A stretch of DNA of 64,000 bases from Candidatus Yanofskybacteria bacterium. Lineage in GTDB: Bacteria > Patescibacteriota > Minisyncoccia > 2-02-FULL-40-12 > GWA2-44-9. A program made the translations under genes and the position numbers. The stretch's first letter is position 1. The number at the start of each line of letters is the position of its first letter. The notes under the pieces were generated by a model. It saw only the letters and a program-made list of their open reading frames with translations. It made no database searches and was not told the origin of the DNA. Shown here piece after piece: positions 47,233 to 56,104 of the stretch. The DNA lies in the NCBI GenBank assembly GCA_016181045.1, contig JACPAB010000003.1:7652-71651 (forward strand). The letters are read 5' to 3'.

Positions 47233-48123
47233 TTGAAAATCTTACTGACCGCCGCAGCGACCCTTCTTTTTCCATATATTGCTTTTGGGCAGAGCTTTCG
47301 GGCGCTGAATCAGCAGGTTCAGCAGGGCGGAGTGCTGGTGCTTCGCGTTGCTCCCCAATGGCAGGGGCCGCAAGTGAGCATTGCGGTTTTCGCCAAGCAT
47401 TATCTTCCCAATAGATACGGCGATGTCTACATCGGGATTGATAAAAGCATTGTTCCCGGAAAACATATCGCCACCCTGGTCGAATACGGCCGAGGGATTC
47501 GCTTGAGCTGGGATTACGAAGAAATAGAAGTTGTTGACAAGAACTTACCTTCAAGGACCAGAAGGCCGTTTGTTCCCAACAAAAAATGGGAACGAGAGAG
47601 GGAAACTATCAGACAAGCCTTCGATGGCGGGGATTATTTTGAAAAGTATTTTAACGGAGAATTTGTAAGGCCACTGGATAGAGCGGTAATAGATCAGAAT
47701 AGAACTATCGGCGACGAGTCAAGTCCTTTTGGAACTAACCACAACGGCGTAGATTTAATAACTCTTGACCCTAAAACTAGAAGACATAAACGACCGGTCA
47801 AGGCCATAAATTCAGGGAAGATTGCTTTAATCGCCAGGAATTACTCTACCGATGGTAACATGATGATCATTGACCATGGTTCCGGAATTTTTTCTGTTTA
47901 TATGCACTTGTCCAGGTTTTTGGTATCAAAAGTCGGCCAAACGGTTAAAAAGGGTGATGTTGTGGCGATGTCAGGCGATACAGGCAGCGCCAGAACAAGG
48001 CCAAGTTGTAAAAATTGCGGTCCTCACCTTCACTGCTCAGTCAAAATAAGAAGTAAAGATGGGAAAAGCGATGTCTATGTGGATCCCCTGGCGTTTATAG
48101 AGACAATGAATAGGATCTTTTGA
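47233..48123 (+). CDS. M23-family metallopeptidase
   Basis: HNGVDL and GPHLH motifs, with a signal peptide. Confidence 0.8.
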   Translation: MKILLTAAATLLFPYIAFGQSFRALNQQVQQGGVLVLRVAPQWQGPQVSIAVFAKHYLPNRYGDVYIGIDKSIVPGKHIATLVEYGRGIRLSWDYEEIEVVDKNLPSRTRRPFVPNKKWERERETIRQAFDGGDYFEKYFNGEFVRPLDRAVIDQNRTIGDESSPFGTNHNGVDLITLDPKTRRHKRPVKAINSGKIALIARNYSTDGNMMIIDHGSGIFSVYMHLSRFLVSKVGQTVKKGDVVAMSGDTGSARTRPSCKNCGPHLHCSVKIRSKDGKSDVYVDPLAFIETMNRIF

Positions 48124-48125
48124 TC

Positions 48126-49037
48126 CTATTTTTTATCATGGAATCTTTCGTGGACTTCGCGAAGTTGTTTATCGGTCACGTGAGTATATATTTGGGTCGT
48201 GGTGACCGAAGAATGGCCTAAAAGTGCCTGGACGGAGCGGATATCGGCGCCGTTACGCAGAAGGTCGGTAGCAAAAGAGTGACGGAGAGTGTGGGGCGAA
48301 ACCTTCTTTCTAATGATGCCGGCCTTGATGGCGTATTTTCCGACTATTCTCTGAATGCTTCTCGGCGTCAGGCGCAGGTTCGACTCCTTTGAGAAACTTT
48401 TTGAGCGCGGAATCCTGATGAACAGAGCCTCGTCGGCATCCACTCGCTTTTTGAGATATTGGTCCAAAGAGTCCTTCGCGTTGTCTGATAAAAACACGAC
48501 CCTTATCTTACTGCCCTTTCCGCGAATCGAGACCTCTCCTCTTTTGGGGTCTATTTTGTCCCTGTCCAGCGCGCACAATTCGGATACGCGCATTCCGGTG
48601 CTGAATAAAGTACCGAGAACCGCCCGGTCTCTTAAGGTATCCAGATTGTTGTCTTCTGGAGATTTTAATAATCTTTCCAATTCATCCGCTTCCAAAAATG
48701 TGACTTCCCGGTCCTCCTGTTTCCCCAATTCCACCTTCTCCGCCGAAACGGATTTAATGTCTCTTTTGGCTAAGTATTTCAAGAAATTGCGCAGGGCGAT
48801 TATGTGGTAGTTCTGGGTAACTTTTTTAAGCGGCTTACCCTCGTCGTCCTTGAAGCGGTTCAGATAAAGACGGTATTGTCTGATCAGGTCTTCGGTTATG
48901 CCTGCCGGGCTGGAAACCTTGGTGAATTGTAAAAATCTATTCAAATACCGCCCGTAGTTTTCCACGGTTTTAGCCGAGCGGTTCTTCTCTATCTCCAAAT
49001 GCTCCAAGTATTGAATTTTGAGGGTTTTGATGTCCAT
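48126..49037 (-). CDS. Tyrosine recombinase, XerC/XerD family
   Basis: Catalytic region HTLRHSFATDLL...LLGHSSVTTTQIYTHV and an N-terminal SAM-like domain. Confidence 0.88.
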   Translation of the reverse strand: MDIKTLKIQYLEHLEIEKNRSAKTVENYGRYLNRFLQFTKVSSPAGITEDLIRQYRLYLNRFKDDEGKPLKKVTQNYHIIALRNFLKYLAKRDIKSVSAEKVELGKQEDREVTFLEADELERLLKSPEDNNLDTLRDRAVLGTLFSTGMRVSELCALDRDKIDPKRGEVSIRGKGSKIRVVFLSDNAKDSLDQYLKKRVDADEALFIRIPRSKSFSKESNLRLTPRSIQRIVGKYAIKAGIIRKKVSPHTLRHSFATDLLRNGADIRSVQALLGHSSVTTTQIYTHVTDKQLREVHERFHDKK

Positions 49038-49137
49038 TTATCCGATTATATCTAATATGTCGCAAAATGTTGAGTTGATAACAGAATCTTTAGGTGTTAT
49101 GTTTTAGGCGCTTCATTTAATAATTTAAGAAGGGGCA

Positions 49138-49497
49138 ATGAAGTTCTTTAAGCAAGAAAGATGTGTTGGTTGGTTGGCAATAGTCGGTTTGGCGCTAACC
49201 TGGGCGGTGGTTATTGGAATTATGGTTTTTGTATATTTGCATGTTAGTTATCAGAAACATGCCGAAGAATATTTCGGTGTTACGATCAGCCGGGACTTTT
49301 CCGAAGAAAAGAAAATACTGCTTAGGCCGCTGGTTGAAGGGAGAATAAGGGCCATGGCGGAAATATACGCTGAAGCCGCGGCGGCGGGAGCCGGATTCAA
49401 AGAACAGAAAAACTCCCGGCGATCTGATCTTTACCGGGCCTGCGCGGCAGCCAAGTACTTTGAACTGATTGACGATGACTATATATGGTGCCGATAG
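49138..49497 (+). CDS. Hypothetical single-TM protein
   Basis: 119-aa ORF with an N-terminal TM helix (WLAIVGLALTWAVVIGIMVFVYL). Confidence 0.45.
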   Translation: MKFFKQERCVGWLAIVGLALTWAVVIGIMVFVYLHVSYQKHAEEYFGVTISRDFSEEKKILLRPLVEGRIRAMAEIYAEAAAAGAGFKEQKNSRRSDLYRACAAAKYFELIDDDYIWCR

Positions 49498-49512
49498 CAC
49501 CATTTTTATTTG

Positions 49513-49585
49513 CCAGGTAGTGAATTTTTGAGTTGGCTCTGCCATTTGCGACCCCAAGACCGCATCTCAAAAATCTACTACCTGG
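49513..49585 (+). repeat. Hairpin element GTAGTGAATTT...AAATCTACTAC, copy 1, abutting the rpsO promoter
   Basis: Arms ccaggtagtgaatttttgag (49513-49532) and ctcaaaaatctactacctgg (49566-49585). Confidence 0.7.
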
Positions 49586-49586
49586 T

Positions 49587-49614
49587 TTGCATTTTTTGTG
49601 AATTCAGGTATACT
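49587..49614 (+). promoter_or_regulatory. Sigma70-like promoter upstream of rpsO (TTGCAT-16-TATACT)
   Basis: -35 at 49587-49592 and -10 at 49609-49614. The ATG is at 49625. Confidence 0.5.
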
Positions 49615-49624
49615 AAAGAGGAAC

Positions 49625-49891
49625 ATGTTAACCCCCAAAGAAAAATTAAAAGTCATCGAGAAGGTCCAGATACATGACAAGGACACGGGTTCTGCCGAGG
49701 CGCAGATCGCTTTGTTTACCGAAGAAATAGAGCAGTTGGCCAAGCATCTGAAGAAGCACCAGAAAGACAACAGCTCCCGCCTGGGCTTGCTCAAAATGGT
49801 TTCAAAACGAAAGCGGCTCTTGGACTACCTCAAAAGGGTCAATCCGAAAAGACACTTGGCGGTCATCAAGAAGCTCGGTCTCGAAAAGTAA
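49625..49891 (+). CDS. rpsO: 30S ribosomal protein S15
   Basis: MLTPKEKLKVIEKVQIHDKDTGSAEAQIALFTEEIEQLAKHLKKHQKDNSSRLGLLKMVSKRKRLLDYL matches the S15 pattern. Start trimmed from the tracked 49598. Confidence 0.93.
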   Translation: MLTPKEKLKVIEKVQIHDKDTGSAEAQIALFTEEIEQLAKHLKKHQKDNSSRLGLLKMVSKRKRLLDYLKRVNPKRHLAVIKKLGLEK

Positions 49892-49984
49892 TCAACGACT
49901 AACAACCAACTACAAACGACAGGAGATTAAAATATTATTAATCGAAATAGTCGTAGGTCGTAGGTCGTAAGTTGTAAGTAAAAG

Positions 49985-50503
49985 TTGTCGCATAAGACCA
50001 CAGTACCCCAAAGAAAAAACCACCGAGTCGGTGTTTTTGTCGATGTCAGCAATATGTATCATTCGGCCAAGAATCTTTATCACGGCAGAGTTAACTTCGG
50101 AGAACTTTTAAAATTGGCAACCGCTTCTCGGCAGCTGGTCAGAGCTGTCGCTTATGTGGTCAAATCGGATACCGAGGAAGAAAAGGCGTTCTTCAATGCT
50201 CTGGAAAAGGCGGGATATGAGTTAAAATCCAAGGACTTGCAGGTGTTCCCGGGCGGCATGAAAAAGGGCGACTGGGACGTGGCCGTAGCGGTTGATGCGA
50301 TAAGTTTATCCAAGCAGTTGGATGTGGTCGTGATTGTCTCCGGCGATGGCGACTACGAACCGCTGGTGGAGTATCTTAAATTCAGCGGAGTTATCGTTGA
50401 GGTTATGGGTTTCCGGAGAAGCACCAGTTCGAAACTGGTGGATGTTGCCAACAACTTTATCGACTTGGACGAAGTTAAAGATAAAGTCGTATTAAAAAAA
50501 TAA
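49985..50503 (+). CDS. NYN-domain (LabA-like) protein
   Basis: RVGVFVDVSNMY and VVIVSGDGDYEPLV motifs. TTG start. Confidence 0.75.
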   Translation: MSHKTTVPQRKNHRVGVFVDVSNMYHSAKNLYHGRVNFGELLKLATASRQLVRAVAYVVKSDTEEEKAFFNALEKAGYELKSKDLQVFPGGMKKGDWDVAVAVDAISLSKQLDVVVIVSGDGDYEPLVEYLKFSGVIVEVMGFRRSTSSKLVDVANNFIDLDEVKDKVVLKK

Positions 50504-50504
50504 T

Positions 50505-50619
50505 CGGACGGATAACGGGGTGAGGAGCAACAAGAAAATAGGGTTCAGGTCAAAATTCTTAAATTGTTGAGGATTCTGATCTGAATCTGTCGGTTGCTCT
50601 ATTTTCCGGGTACCCGTCC
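50505..50619 (+). promoter_or_regulatory. Possible pnp leader hairpin
   Basis: Long-range pairing ggacgg...gagcaac (50506-50531) with gttgctc...ccgtcc (50593-50619), just upstream of the pnp ATG. Confidence 0.35.
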
Positions 50620-50628
50620 ACATTTCGG

Positions 50629-52737
50629 ATGGAAGTAAAAACGTATAAGACGGAGTTTGCGGAGAAGCCGCTTTCGGTCGAATTCGGGCGTCTCGGCGGG
50701 CAAGCTAACGGTTCTTGCCGCGTTCAGTACGGCGAAACAACCGTGCTTATCAACGCCACCATGTCGGCTCACCAAAAGCAGGTGGACTACATGCCCCTTT
50801 CGGTTGATTACGAAGAAAAGTATTATGCCGCCGGCAAGATTAAGGGCTCAAGGTGGATAAAAAGAGAAACCCGCCCTTCGGATGAAGCCATTTTGTCCGG
50901 CCGAGTTATTGACCGCGCCATTCGCCCGCGATTTGACCACAACATCAGGAACGAGATCCAGGTCGTCGCAACGGTCCTTTCTTTTGATGGAGTGAACGAT
51001 CCGGACATGCCCGCTCTCTTTGGGGCATCATTAGCTCTTATGACCTCCGATATTCCCTTTGACGGCCCGATTGCTGGGGTAAGGGTCGGCAGAGTGGGCG
51101 GCAAACTGATATTCAACCCTACCTACAAAGAAAGAGCCGAAAGCGATTTCGACGTCGTTGTTGCCGGAACAGCCAATAAAATAAATATGATTGAGGCCGG
51201 AGCGAAAATAGTTCCCGAAAAAAACATAGCCGAAGCCATAACAGCCGGGTTTCAAGAGTTTCAGGGTTTAATAAAGTTTCAAAGTAAGATTGCGGCAGAA
51301 ATGGGAAAAAATAAGAAAGAATTGGTCGTGTTCAGCCGAGATGAAGCTCTTGTGCTGACTGTCAGGAATTTCGCCGACCCGAAGCTCGAGAAAACCCTCT
51401 TTGCTCCCGGAAAAACAAAGGGTGAATTTTATGAGGGACTTGGCCAGATAAAAGAAGAAACCATGGCTTACGTTAAAGAGCAGTATAAGGACCATCCCGA
51501 ATTGGGCAAAAAAATGGCCGAGACCGATGCTATTTTTGAAGAAGAGATAGACCGTATCGTCCACAGGAATATTCTTACGGAAGAAAAGAGGCCCGATGGT
51601 AGAAAGGTTGACCAATTGAGGGACTTAAATGCCGATGTCGGCATTATCCCCCATACTCACGGGTCGGGATTATTTAACAGAGGAACAACCCAAGCCCTTT
51701 CCATGCTTACTCTTGCTGCTCCCGGTATGGAGCAATGGATAGAAACGATGGAAATAAACCTCACAAAAAAGAGATTCATGCACCATTATATTTTCCCGCC
51801 TTTCAGTGTGGGTGAAGTGGGCAGGATGGGCGGAGGCGGACGGCGTGAAATTGGCCACGGGGCTTTGGCCGAAAGGTCTCTGGAACCGATAATTCCGGCA
51901 AAAGATAAATTCCCTTACACGATCAGGGTTGTCTCCGAAATACTTTCATCCAACGGCTCTTCTTCTATGGCCTCGGTGTGCGGTTCTTCGCTGGCCTTGA
52001 TGGACGGCGGCGTGCCCATCAAATCCCCTGCCGCCGGTATCGCGATGGGACTGATGTTTGATGAAAAAGGAGAGAAGTATAAGATCCTTACCGATATTCA
52101 AGGTCCGGAGGACCATCATGGCGACATGGATTTGAAAGTTGCCGGAACCAGAGACGGCGTGACCGGAATGCAGATGGATGTAAAGGTAGAAGGCATCACA
52201 ACCGAAATAGTCGAAAAAGCCCTTGAGCAGGCCAAAAAGGCGCGTTTGGAAATACTCGAGGTCATGGAAAAATCTATCTCCACTCCACGCCCAGAGTTGT
52301 CTCAATATGCTCCCCGTGTGGAAACGATTAAAATAAATCCCGCCAAAATAGGCGCTTTGATAGGCCCTGGAGGCAAGGTTATCAATGACATAATCGAGAG
52401 GACCGGAGCCGAGATAGACATTGAAGACGACGGTTCGGTTTTTGTCACGTCGCTTACTCCGGAGGGAATGAAAAAGGCAATGGAGTTAATTAAAGACATC
52501 ACCTATGAGCCCCAGTCGGGAGACGAGTTTGACGGCACGGTTGTAAGCATCAGGGACTTCGGCGCCTTTGTTGAAATAATGCCCGGCAGGGACGGGATGG
52601 TTCATATCTCCGAAATAAGCAATGAACGAGTGGGCAAAGTTTCCGATGTTTTGAAAATGGGCCAGAAAGTCCACGTTTGGGTCAAAGGCGTGGATGATAT
52701 GGGCAAAGTTTCTCTTACGATGAAGGGGCCGAGATAA
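50629..52737 (+). CDS. pnp: Polyribonucleotide nucleotidyltransferase (PNPase)
   Basis: Two RNase PH domains, a KH domain (IGPGGKVINDI) and an S1 domain (FGAFVEIMPGRDGMVHISE). Confidence 0.96.
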   Translation: MEVKTYKTEFAEKPLSVEFGRLGGQANGSCRVQYGETTVLINATMSAHQKQVDYMPLSVDYEEKYYAAGKIKGSRWIKRETRPSDEAILSGRVIDRAIRPRFDHNIRNEIQVVATVLSFDGVNDPDMPALFGASLALMTSDIPFDGPIAGVRVGRVGGKLIFNPTYKERAESDFDVVVAGTANKINMIEAGAKIVPEKNIAEAITAGFQEFQGLIKFQSKIAAEMGKNKKELVVFSRDEALVLTVRNFADPKLEKTLFAPGKTKGEFYEGLGQIKEETMAYVKEQYKDHPELGKKMAETDAIFEEEIDRIVHRNILTEEKRPDGRKVDQLRDLNADVGIIPHTHGSGLFNRGTTQALSMLTLAAPGMEQWIETMEINLTKKRFMHHYIFPPFSVGEVGRMGGGGRREIGHGALAERSLEPIIPAKDKFPYTIRVVSEILSSNGSSSMASVCGSSLALMDGGVPIKSPAAGIAMGLMFDEKGEKYKILTDIQGPEDHHGDMDLKVAGTRDGVTGMQMDVKVEGITTEIVEKALEQAKKARLEILEVMEKSISTPRPELSQYAPRVETIKINPAKIGALIGPGGKVINDIIERTGAEIDIEDDGSVFVTSLTPEGMKKAMELIKDITYEPQSGDEFDGTVVSIRDFGAFVEIMPGRDGMVHISEISNERVGKVSDVLKMGQKVHVWVKGVDDMGKVSLTMKGPR

Positions 52738-52744
52738 GCTCTCC

Positions 52745-52919
52745 AGCCCCAATACCCAAGACCGACCGATAGTTCGGCTTTCCGGCGAAACCGACTATCT
52801 ACATGCTACAGAGTTTCCCGGCTAAAGCACGGGAACCTACTCCGAGACGGCGTTTTGGTCGCCTTTGGCGACACCAAGCCAAAATGCCTGCGCAAGTTCG
52901 TTCTGTGGGTATTGGGGCT
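52745..52919 (-). ncRNA. Structured ~175-nt element, family copy D (reverse orientation relative to 53422-53612)
   Basis: 14-bp closing stem agccccaataccca / tgggtattggggct. Internal hairpin gtcgcc-ttt-ggcgac (52858-52872). Starts 8 nt after the pnp stop. RNA status is unproven. Confidence 0.45.
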
Positions 52920-52941
52920 TTCGCTTGAAGTTAAGTATTAT

Positions 52942-52966
52942 AAAACCGGCCCCAAAGGCCGGTTTT
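52942..52966 (+). terminator. Intrinsic terminator
   Basis: aaaaccggcc-ccaaa-ggccggtttt. Confidence 0.8.
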
Positions 52967-52974
52967 ATAATTGA

Positions 52975-53038
52975 CCCCGTAGTGAATTTTCCGAAATTTT
53001 TTGGCGACTTTGTCGCAATCGGAAAATCTACTACAGGG
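52975..53038 (+). repeat. Hairpin element GTAGTGAATTT...AAATCTACTAC, copy 2, abutting a promoter
   Basis: Arms ccccgtagtgaattttccga (52975-52994) and tcggaaaatctactacaggg (53019-53038). Confidence 0.7.
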
Positions 53039-53068
53039 TTGACAAATGGGTTTTAAGTGTGGTATACT
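53039..53068 (+). promoter_or_regulatory. Near-consensus extended -10 promoter (TTGACA-18-TGgTATACT)
   Basis: -35 at 53039-53044, TG at 53060-53061, -10 at 53063-53068. Confidence 0.6.
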
Positions 53069-53136
53069 TTAAATACAGTTCGTTCTGTCAAAACTCAGTA
53101 TGCGCTGAGCTGGAAGGCAAAGCGTAGGAGGAGAAA

Positions 53137-53325
53137 ATGCAGCAAGTTATCAGAGATGGCCCGGTCAGTGTCGACTACGACCCAGAGAAGAAAGAGTTAG
53201 TGATCCGAAACAAGGTTACGGATCATGCGTGTCCTGGTCGCATCCGTTTCTTCGATGACGGGAAGATACTCGTGTCGCCATTCGGACCGTTCGAACTTGT
53301 TGGCAACAGTATCAAGTTTGGTTAG
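53137..53325 (+). CDS. Hypothetical 62-aa protein
   Basis: An AGGAGG SD lies 6-7 nt upstream of the ATG, with the consensus promoter upstream and a hairpin plus T-tract (53347-53400) downstream. No recognisable motif. Confidence 0.55.
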   Translation: MQQVIRDGPVSVDYDPEKKELVIRNKVTDHACPGRIRFFDDGKILVSPFGPFELVGNSIKFG

Positions 53326-53421
53326 TAGCCTCGACACAGGAGGTATCAGCGGTCATCATTTGAAGACCACTGGACCTTCTGTGCGGGCTTTTTTTGTTTG
53401 GGAAAATAATCAAGCGGAGCC

Positions 53422-53612
53422 AAACATTCTCTCTGACATACCCGCAGGCAAGTCATGAAATGAAAGGCGGACAATAAAGAGTCCGAAATAATAGGTCGAG
53501 CGGTCGCCAAAGGCGACAGGCAAGTGCGGGTTACCTGTTATTTCGGGAACTCTTTCCAGACGCTCTTGAATTGAATGGCGAAGGCGAGGACCGGATGGAA
53601 GAGAGGATGTTT
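53422..53612 (+). ncRNA. Structured ~190-nt element, family copy C1
   Basis: Closing stem aaacattctctct / agagaggatgttt. Internal hairpin gtcgcc-aaa-ggcgac (53503-53517). Conserved blocks are shared with 57647-57867. RNA status is unproven. Confidence 0.5.
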
Positions 53613-53745
53613 GGCGGAGCGTCCTTTGTTTACAACTTTATTTTGTTGTTGTGCTAAAATGAATTTAATCAAATAGCCAATAGCGAATAGCCAATAGCGA
53701 ATAGTAAAAAACTAGTCGCTAATCGCCAGTCGCTAATTGCTAATC

Positions 53746-55266
53746 ATGGCTGACGATCAAGGAGGACCGAAAATCGCAAGCATAGACGAATTGGTCAATG
53801 AACTGACCAAGAAGAATTCTTCACCACCCAAGCCACCAATGGGCGGTCAGTTTCAACCTAATCCTGCCCCGGCGCCTGCTCCTTCACCAGCGCCCCAGAC
53901 GGCAGTTCCGCAGCCGGAAATACCCAAACCAAAGTTCACTCCTCCGCCTCTTCCGTCGGCAATGCCAAGACCGGCTACTCCTTCGACGGGCTCCCAGCCT
54001 TCGCAAAGCTATGGCGGGCAGGCAGGACCTTCGGCTGCTCCGGCCCCAATGCCAGCTCCTACACCAAAGCCATCCGCACCGCCTCCGTCAGCCGCGGCAC
54101 CTGTAAAAGAATACCAGTCGTCCATCAGGACAATGAAAGAGGATATTTCAACATTAAAAATGGGTCAAAAACCTGCCGGGGTTGATGTTCCCAGGAAAGT
54201 TGAAGCACCTGTACCGAGCGGCCCTCCCGGACCCAAGATAGTTCCGCCGCCCAACACTCCAGGACAGTTCAAAATGCCTTCTGCGGGGCTGGGTCAAGCT
54301 GAAAAAGCTGCTCCCCTTCCTCAAACTAAAGAACCCATCTCTCCACCCATGCCTACCGGCAGACAGGCAGTTCGAGGACCCAGCTTACCGCCAGCCGGTA
54401 GGCCCGCTCCTCTGCCAGTTGGCGGACCGCAAAAGTCCCAAATATATGCGCCTCCTTTACCAACAGGAGGAATATCCGGCAGTCGGAATCGCTTATTCGG
54501 GATTATCATCGGAGCCGCGGTTTTGTTCGGCGCGCTTTACTGGTTCCTGGTCTTAAGGGTTCCCGAGCCGGAAGTAGTCCTGGAAACACCCACGCCAACC
54601 CCCGTGGCAACACCAATACCCGACTTAAGCTCTGTTTTGGCTGGATTAGAAAGCCAGACAGTTTGTACCGCTGGTTGTACTGTGGATGATTTTATTTCAA
54701 ATATTAGCAGTGGGACGATAAATGGCGGACAATTTAAAAAGGTTTATTTGAGTGAAAATGACACATCCGGTAATGTGGCTGAGGTTTTAGATTCTTTGGG
54801 CCTAGTATATCCTGCCCGGCTTAAAGAATCATTGGGCCCCGATTCTTTTGTTTTGACGTATGGCCAAAAAGAAATATTTGATTCAAAAGGATTTCTTGTA
54901 ATAAGCGCTCCTGTAGAAAAAAGGTTTGTGTTCATATCTGAAGTCAAGGATTCATCCCTAGTTAATCAAGAAGCAAAAGCATGGGAACCGACCCTGACCG
55001 AGGCCTTCCGGCAATTATTCGGCTTAAATCCGGCGCAACAACCAGAACCTAATTTTCTAAACAACACCTACCAGGGCTCCGCCATAAGGTTCAGGAATTT
55101 CCCCTACGCTGACAGAAGCATAGATATCGGTGTTGTTTCGGCAATAAACGGGAAAAGTTACCTTGTTATTGCCGGCTCGAGGGAATCAATGTTCGCTACT
55201 ATAGATGTTTTGAAGGGTCTTACAGTATTAAGTTCACCAACCCCGCCTCCGTCACCTATTCCGTAA
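53746..55266 (+). CDS. Hypothetical proline-rich single-TM protein with an extracytoplasmic C-terminal domain
   Basis: ~250-aa Pro/Ala-rich N-terminal region, TM helix LFGIIIGAAVLFGALYWFLVL, and a ~230-aa C-terminal domain. ATG at 53746. Confidence 0.6.
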   Translation: MADDQGGPKIASIDELVNELTKKNSSPPKPPMGGQFQPNPAPAPAPSPAPQTAVPQPEIPKPKFTPPPLPSAMPRPATPSTGSQPSQSYGGQAGPSAAPAPMPAPTPKPSAPPPSAAAPVKEYQSSIRTMKEDISTLKMGQKPAGVDVPRKVEAPVPSGPPGPKIVPPPNTPGQFKMPSAGLGQAEKAAPLPQTKEPISPPMPTGRQAVRGPSLPPAGRPAPLPVGGPQKSQIYAPPLPTGGISGSRNRLFGIIIGAAVLFGALYWFLVLRVPEPEVVLETPTPTPVATPIPDLSSVLAGLESQTVCTAGCTVDDFISNISSGTINGGQFKKVYLSENDTSGNVAEVLDSLGLVYPARLKESLGPDSFVLTYGQKEIFDSKGFLVISAPVEKRFVFISEVKDSSLVNQEAKAWEPTLTEAFRQLFGLNPAQQPEPNFLNNTYQGSAIRFRNFPYADRSIDIGVVSAINGKSYLVIAGSRESMFATIDVLKGLTVLSSPTPPPSPIP

Positions 55267-55267
55267 C

Positions 55268-55380
55268 AGTGTCACCCAGTGTCACCAATAAATGACAATG
55301 TTAGAGCCATATTTTGATGGTGACACTGATTGGTGACATGGTGACAAAAGTTATCCACATGGTGACATTGACGTGTCACC
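55268..55380. promoter_or_regulatory. Array of seven GGTGACA/TGTCACC heptamers plus a perfect DnaA box
   Basis: TGTCACC at 55270-55276, 55280-55286 and 55374-55380. GGTGACA at 55319-55325, 55332-55338, 55340-55346 and 55361-55367. TTATCCACA at 55351-55359. Confidence 0.6.
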
Positions 55381-55573
55381 TTAAAGAGTTAAAATGAAAG
55401 TAGGTCTTTCGCTGGTTGTCTGACACGTTCGTGGATTGCCGGCAATTCATTAGGGCTTTCGCGGCCCACTAAGGCGCAGTGCTCACACTCGCAATTCATT
55501 TGTTTTTGCTCAGGAGCGCTCTGCGCCTTTTAAGTTTTTATCCAAGAGTGAAACGATTGGCTTACAAAAACTT

Positions 55574-55636
55574 AACCCCGCACCAAACCCGCCCCCTTTC
55601 TGAATGGCGGTCAGCGGAAAAGATTGGTGCGGGGTT
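55574..55636 (+). repeat. 60-nt hairpin repeat (copy b), intergenic
   Basis: aaccccgcaccaa...ttggtgcggggtt perfect closing stem. Homologous to 25163-25222. Confidence 0.7.
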
Positions 55637-55671
55637 GTTTTATTAAAATATTATCGTTATCATATATATTT

Positions 55672-56043
55672 ATGACTAAAGATGAACTCCAAAAATTATA
55701 CGAAGACCTCGAGCTGGAAGAAAAGAATTTAAGGAAGCAGTTGGCCGAAATAGCCGAGCAGAATCCCGCCATACGGGGCGATTATCAGGTTAAGGTTCCC
55801 GAATATGGAGAACATGAAGACGAGAACGCCATGGAGGCGACCGACCTGGACAGGAATTTTGCCATGGAAAGGGAGCTGGAAAACAAGCTCAACGAAATAT
55901 TGAAGACCAAAGAAAAGATCAAAAAAGGAACTTATGGAAAATGCGAGAGTTGCTCTGCCGAAATAGCGCCGGCCCGGCTTAAGGTAAGGCCGGTAGCGGC
56001 ACTTTGCATAAGTTGCGCCAAGTCAGGTAGTAAATCCAACTAA
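55672..56043 (+). CDS. DksA/TraR-family C4 zinc-finger protein
   Basis: Coiled-coil N-terminus and CESC...CISC zinc finger. ATG at 55672. Confidence 0.8.
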   Translation: MTKDELQKLYEDLELEEKNLRKQLAEIAEQNPAIRGDYQVKVPEYGEHEDENAMEATDLDRNFAMERELENKLNEILKTKEKIKKGTYGKCESCSAEIAPARLKVRPVAALCISCAKSGSKSN

Positions 56044-56104
56044 ATTCACCCCCACACTCATGTATGAGTGTGGGGGTTCGACCCGGAGGGAGTCGAACCC
56101 CCTT

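Noticed and set aside
53422-53612. Identification of the structured-element family as RNase P RNA, SRP RNA, tmRNA or a known riboswitch.
   Set aside because: I could not find the hallmark motifs (GGAAAGUCC and ACAGAACCCGGCUUA, the SRP GGAA/AGCA domain IV motif, or a tRNA-like end with a tag ORF). Three copies in both orientations are also not expected for those genes. A 6S-like identity is neither supported nor excluded.
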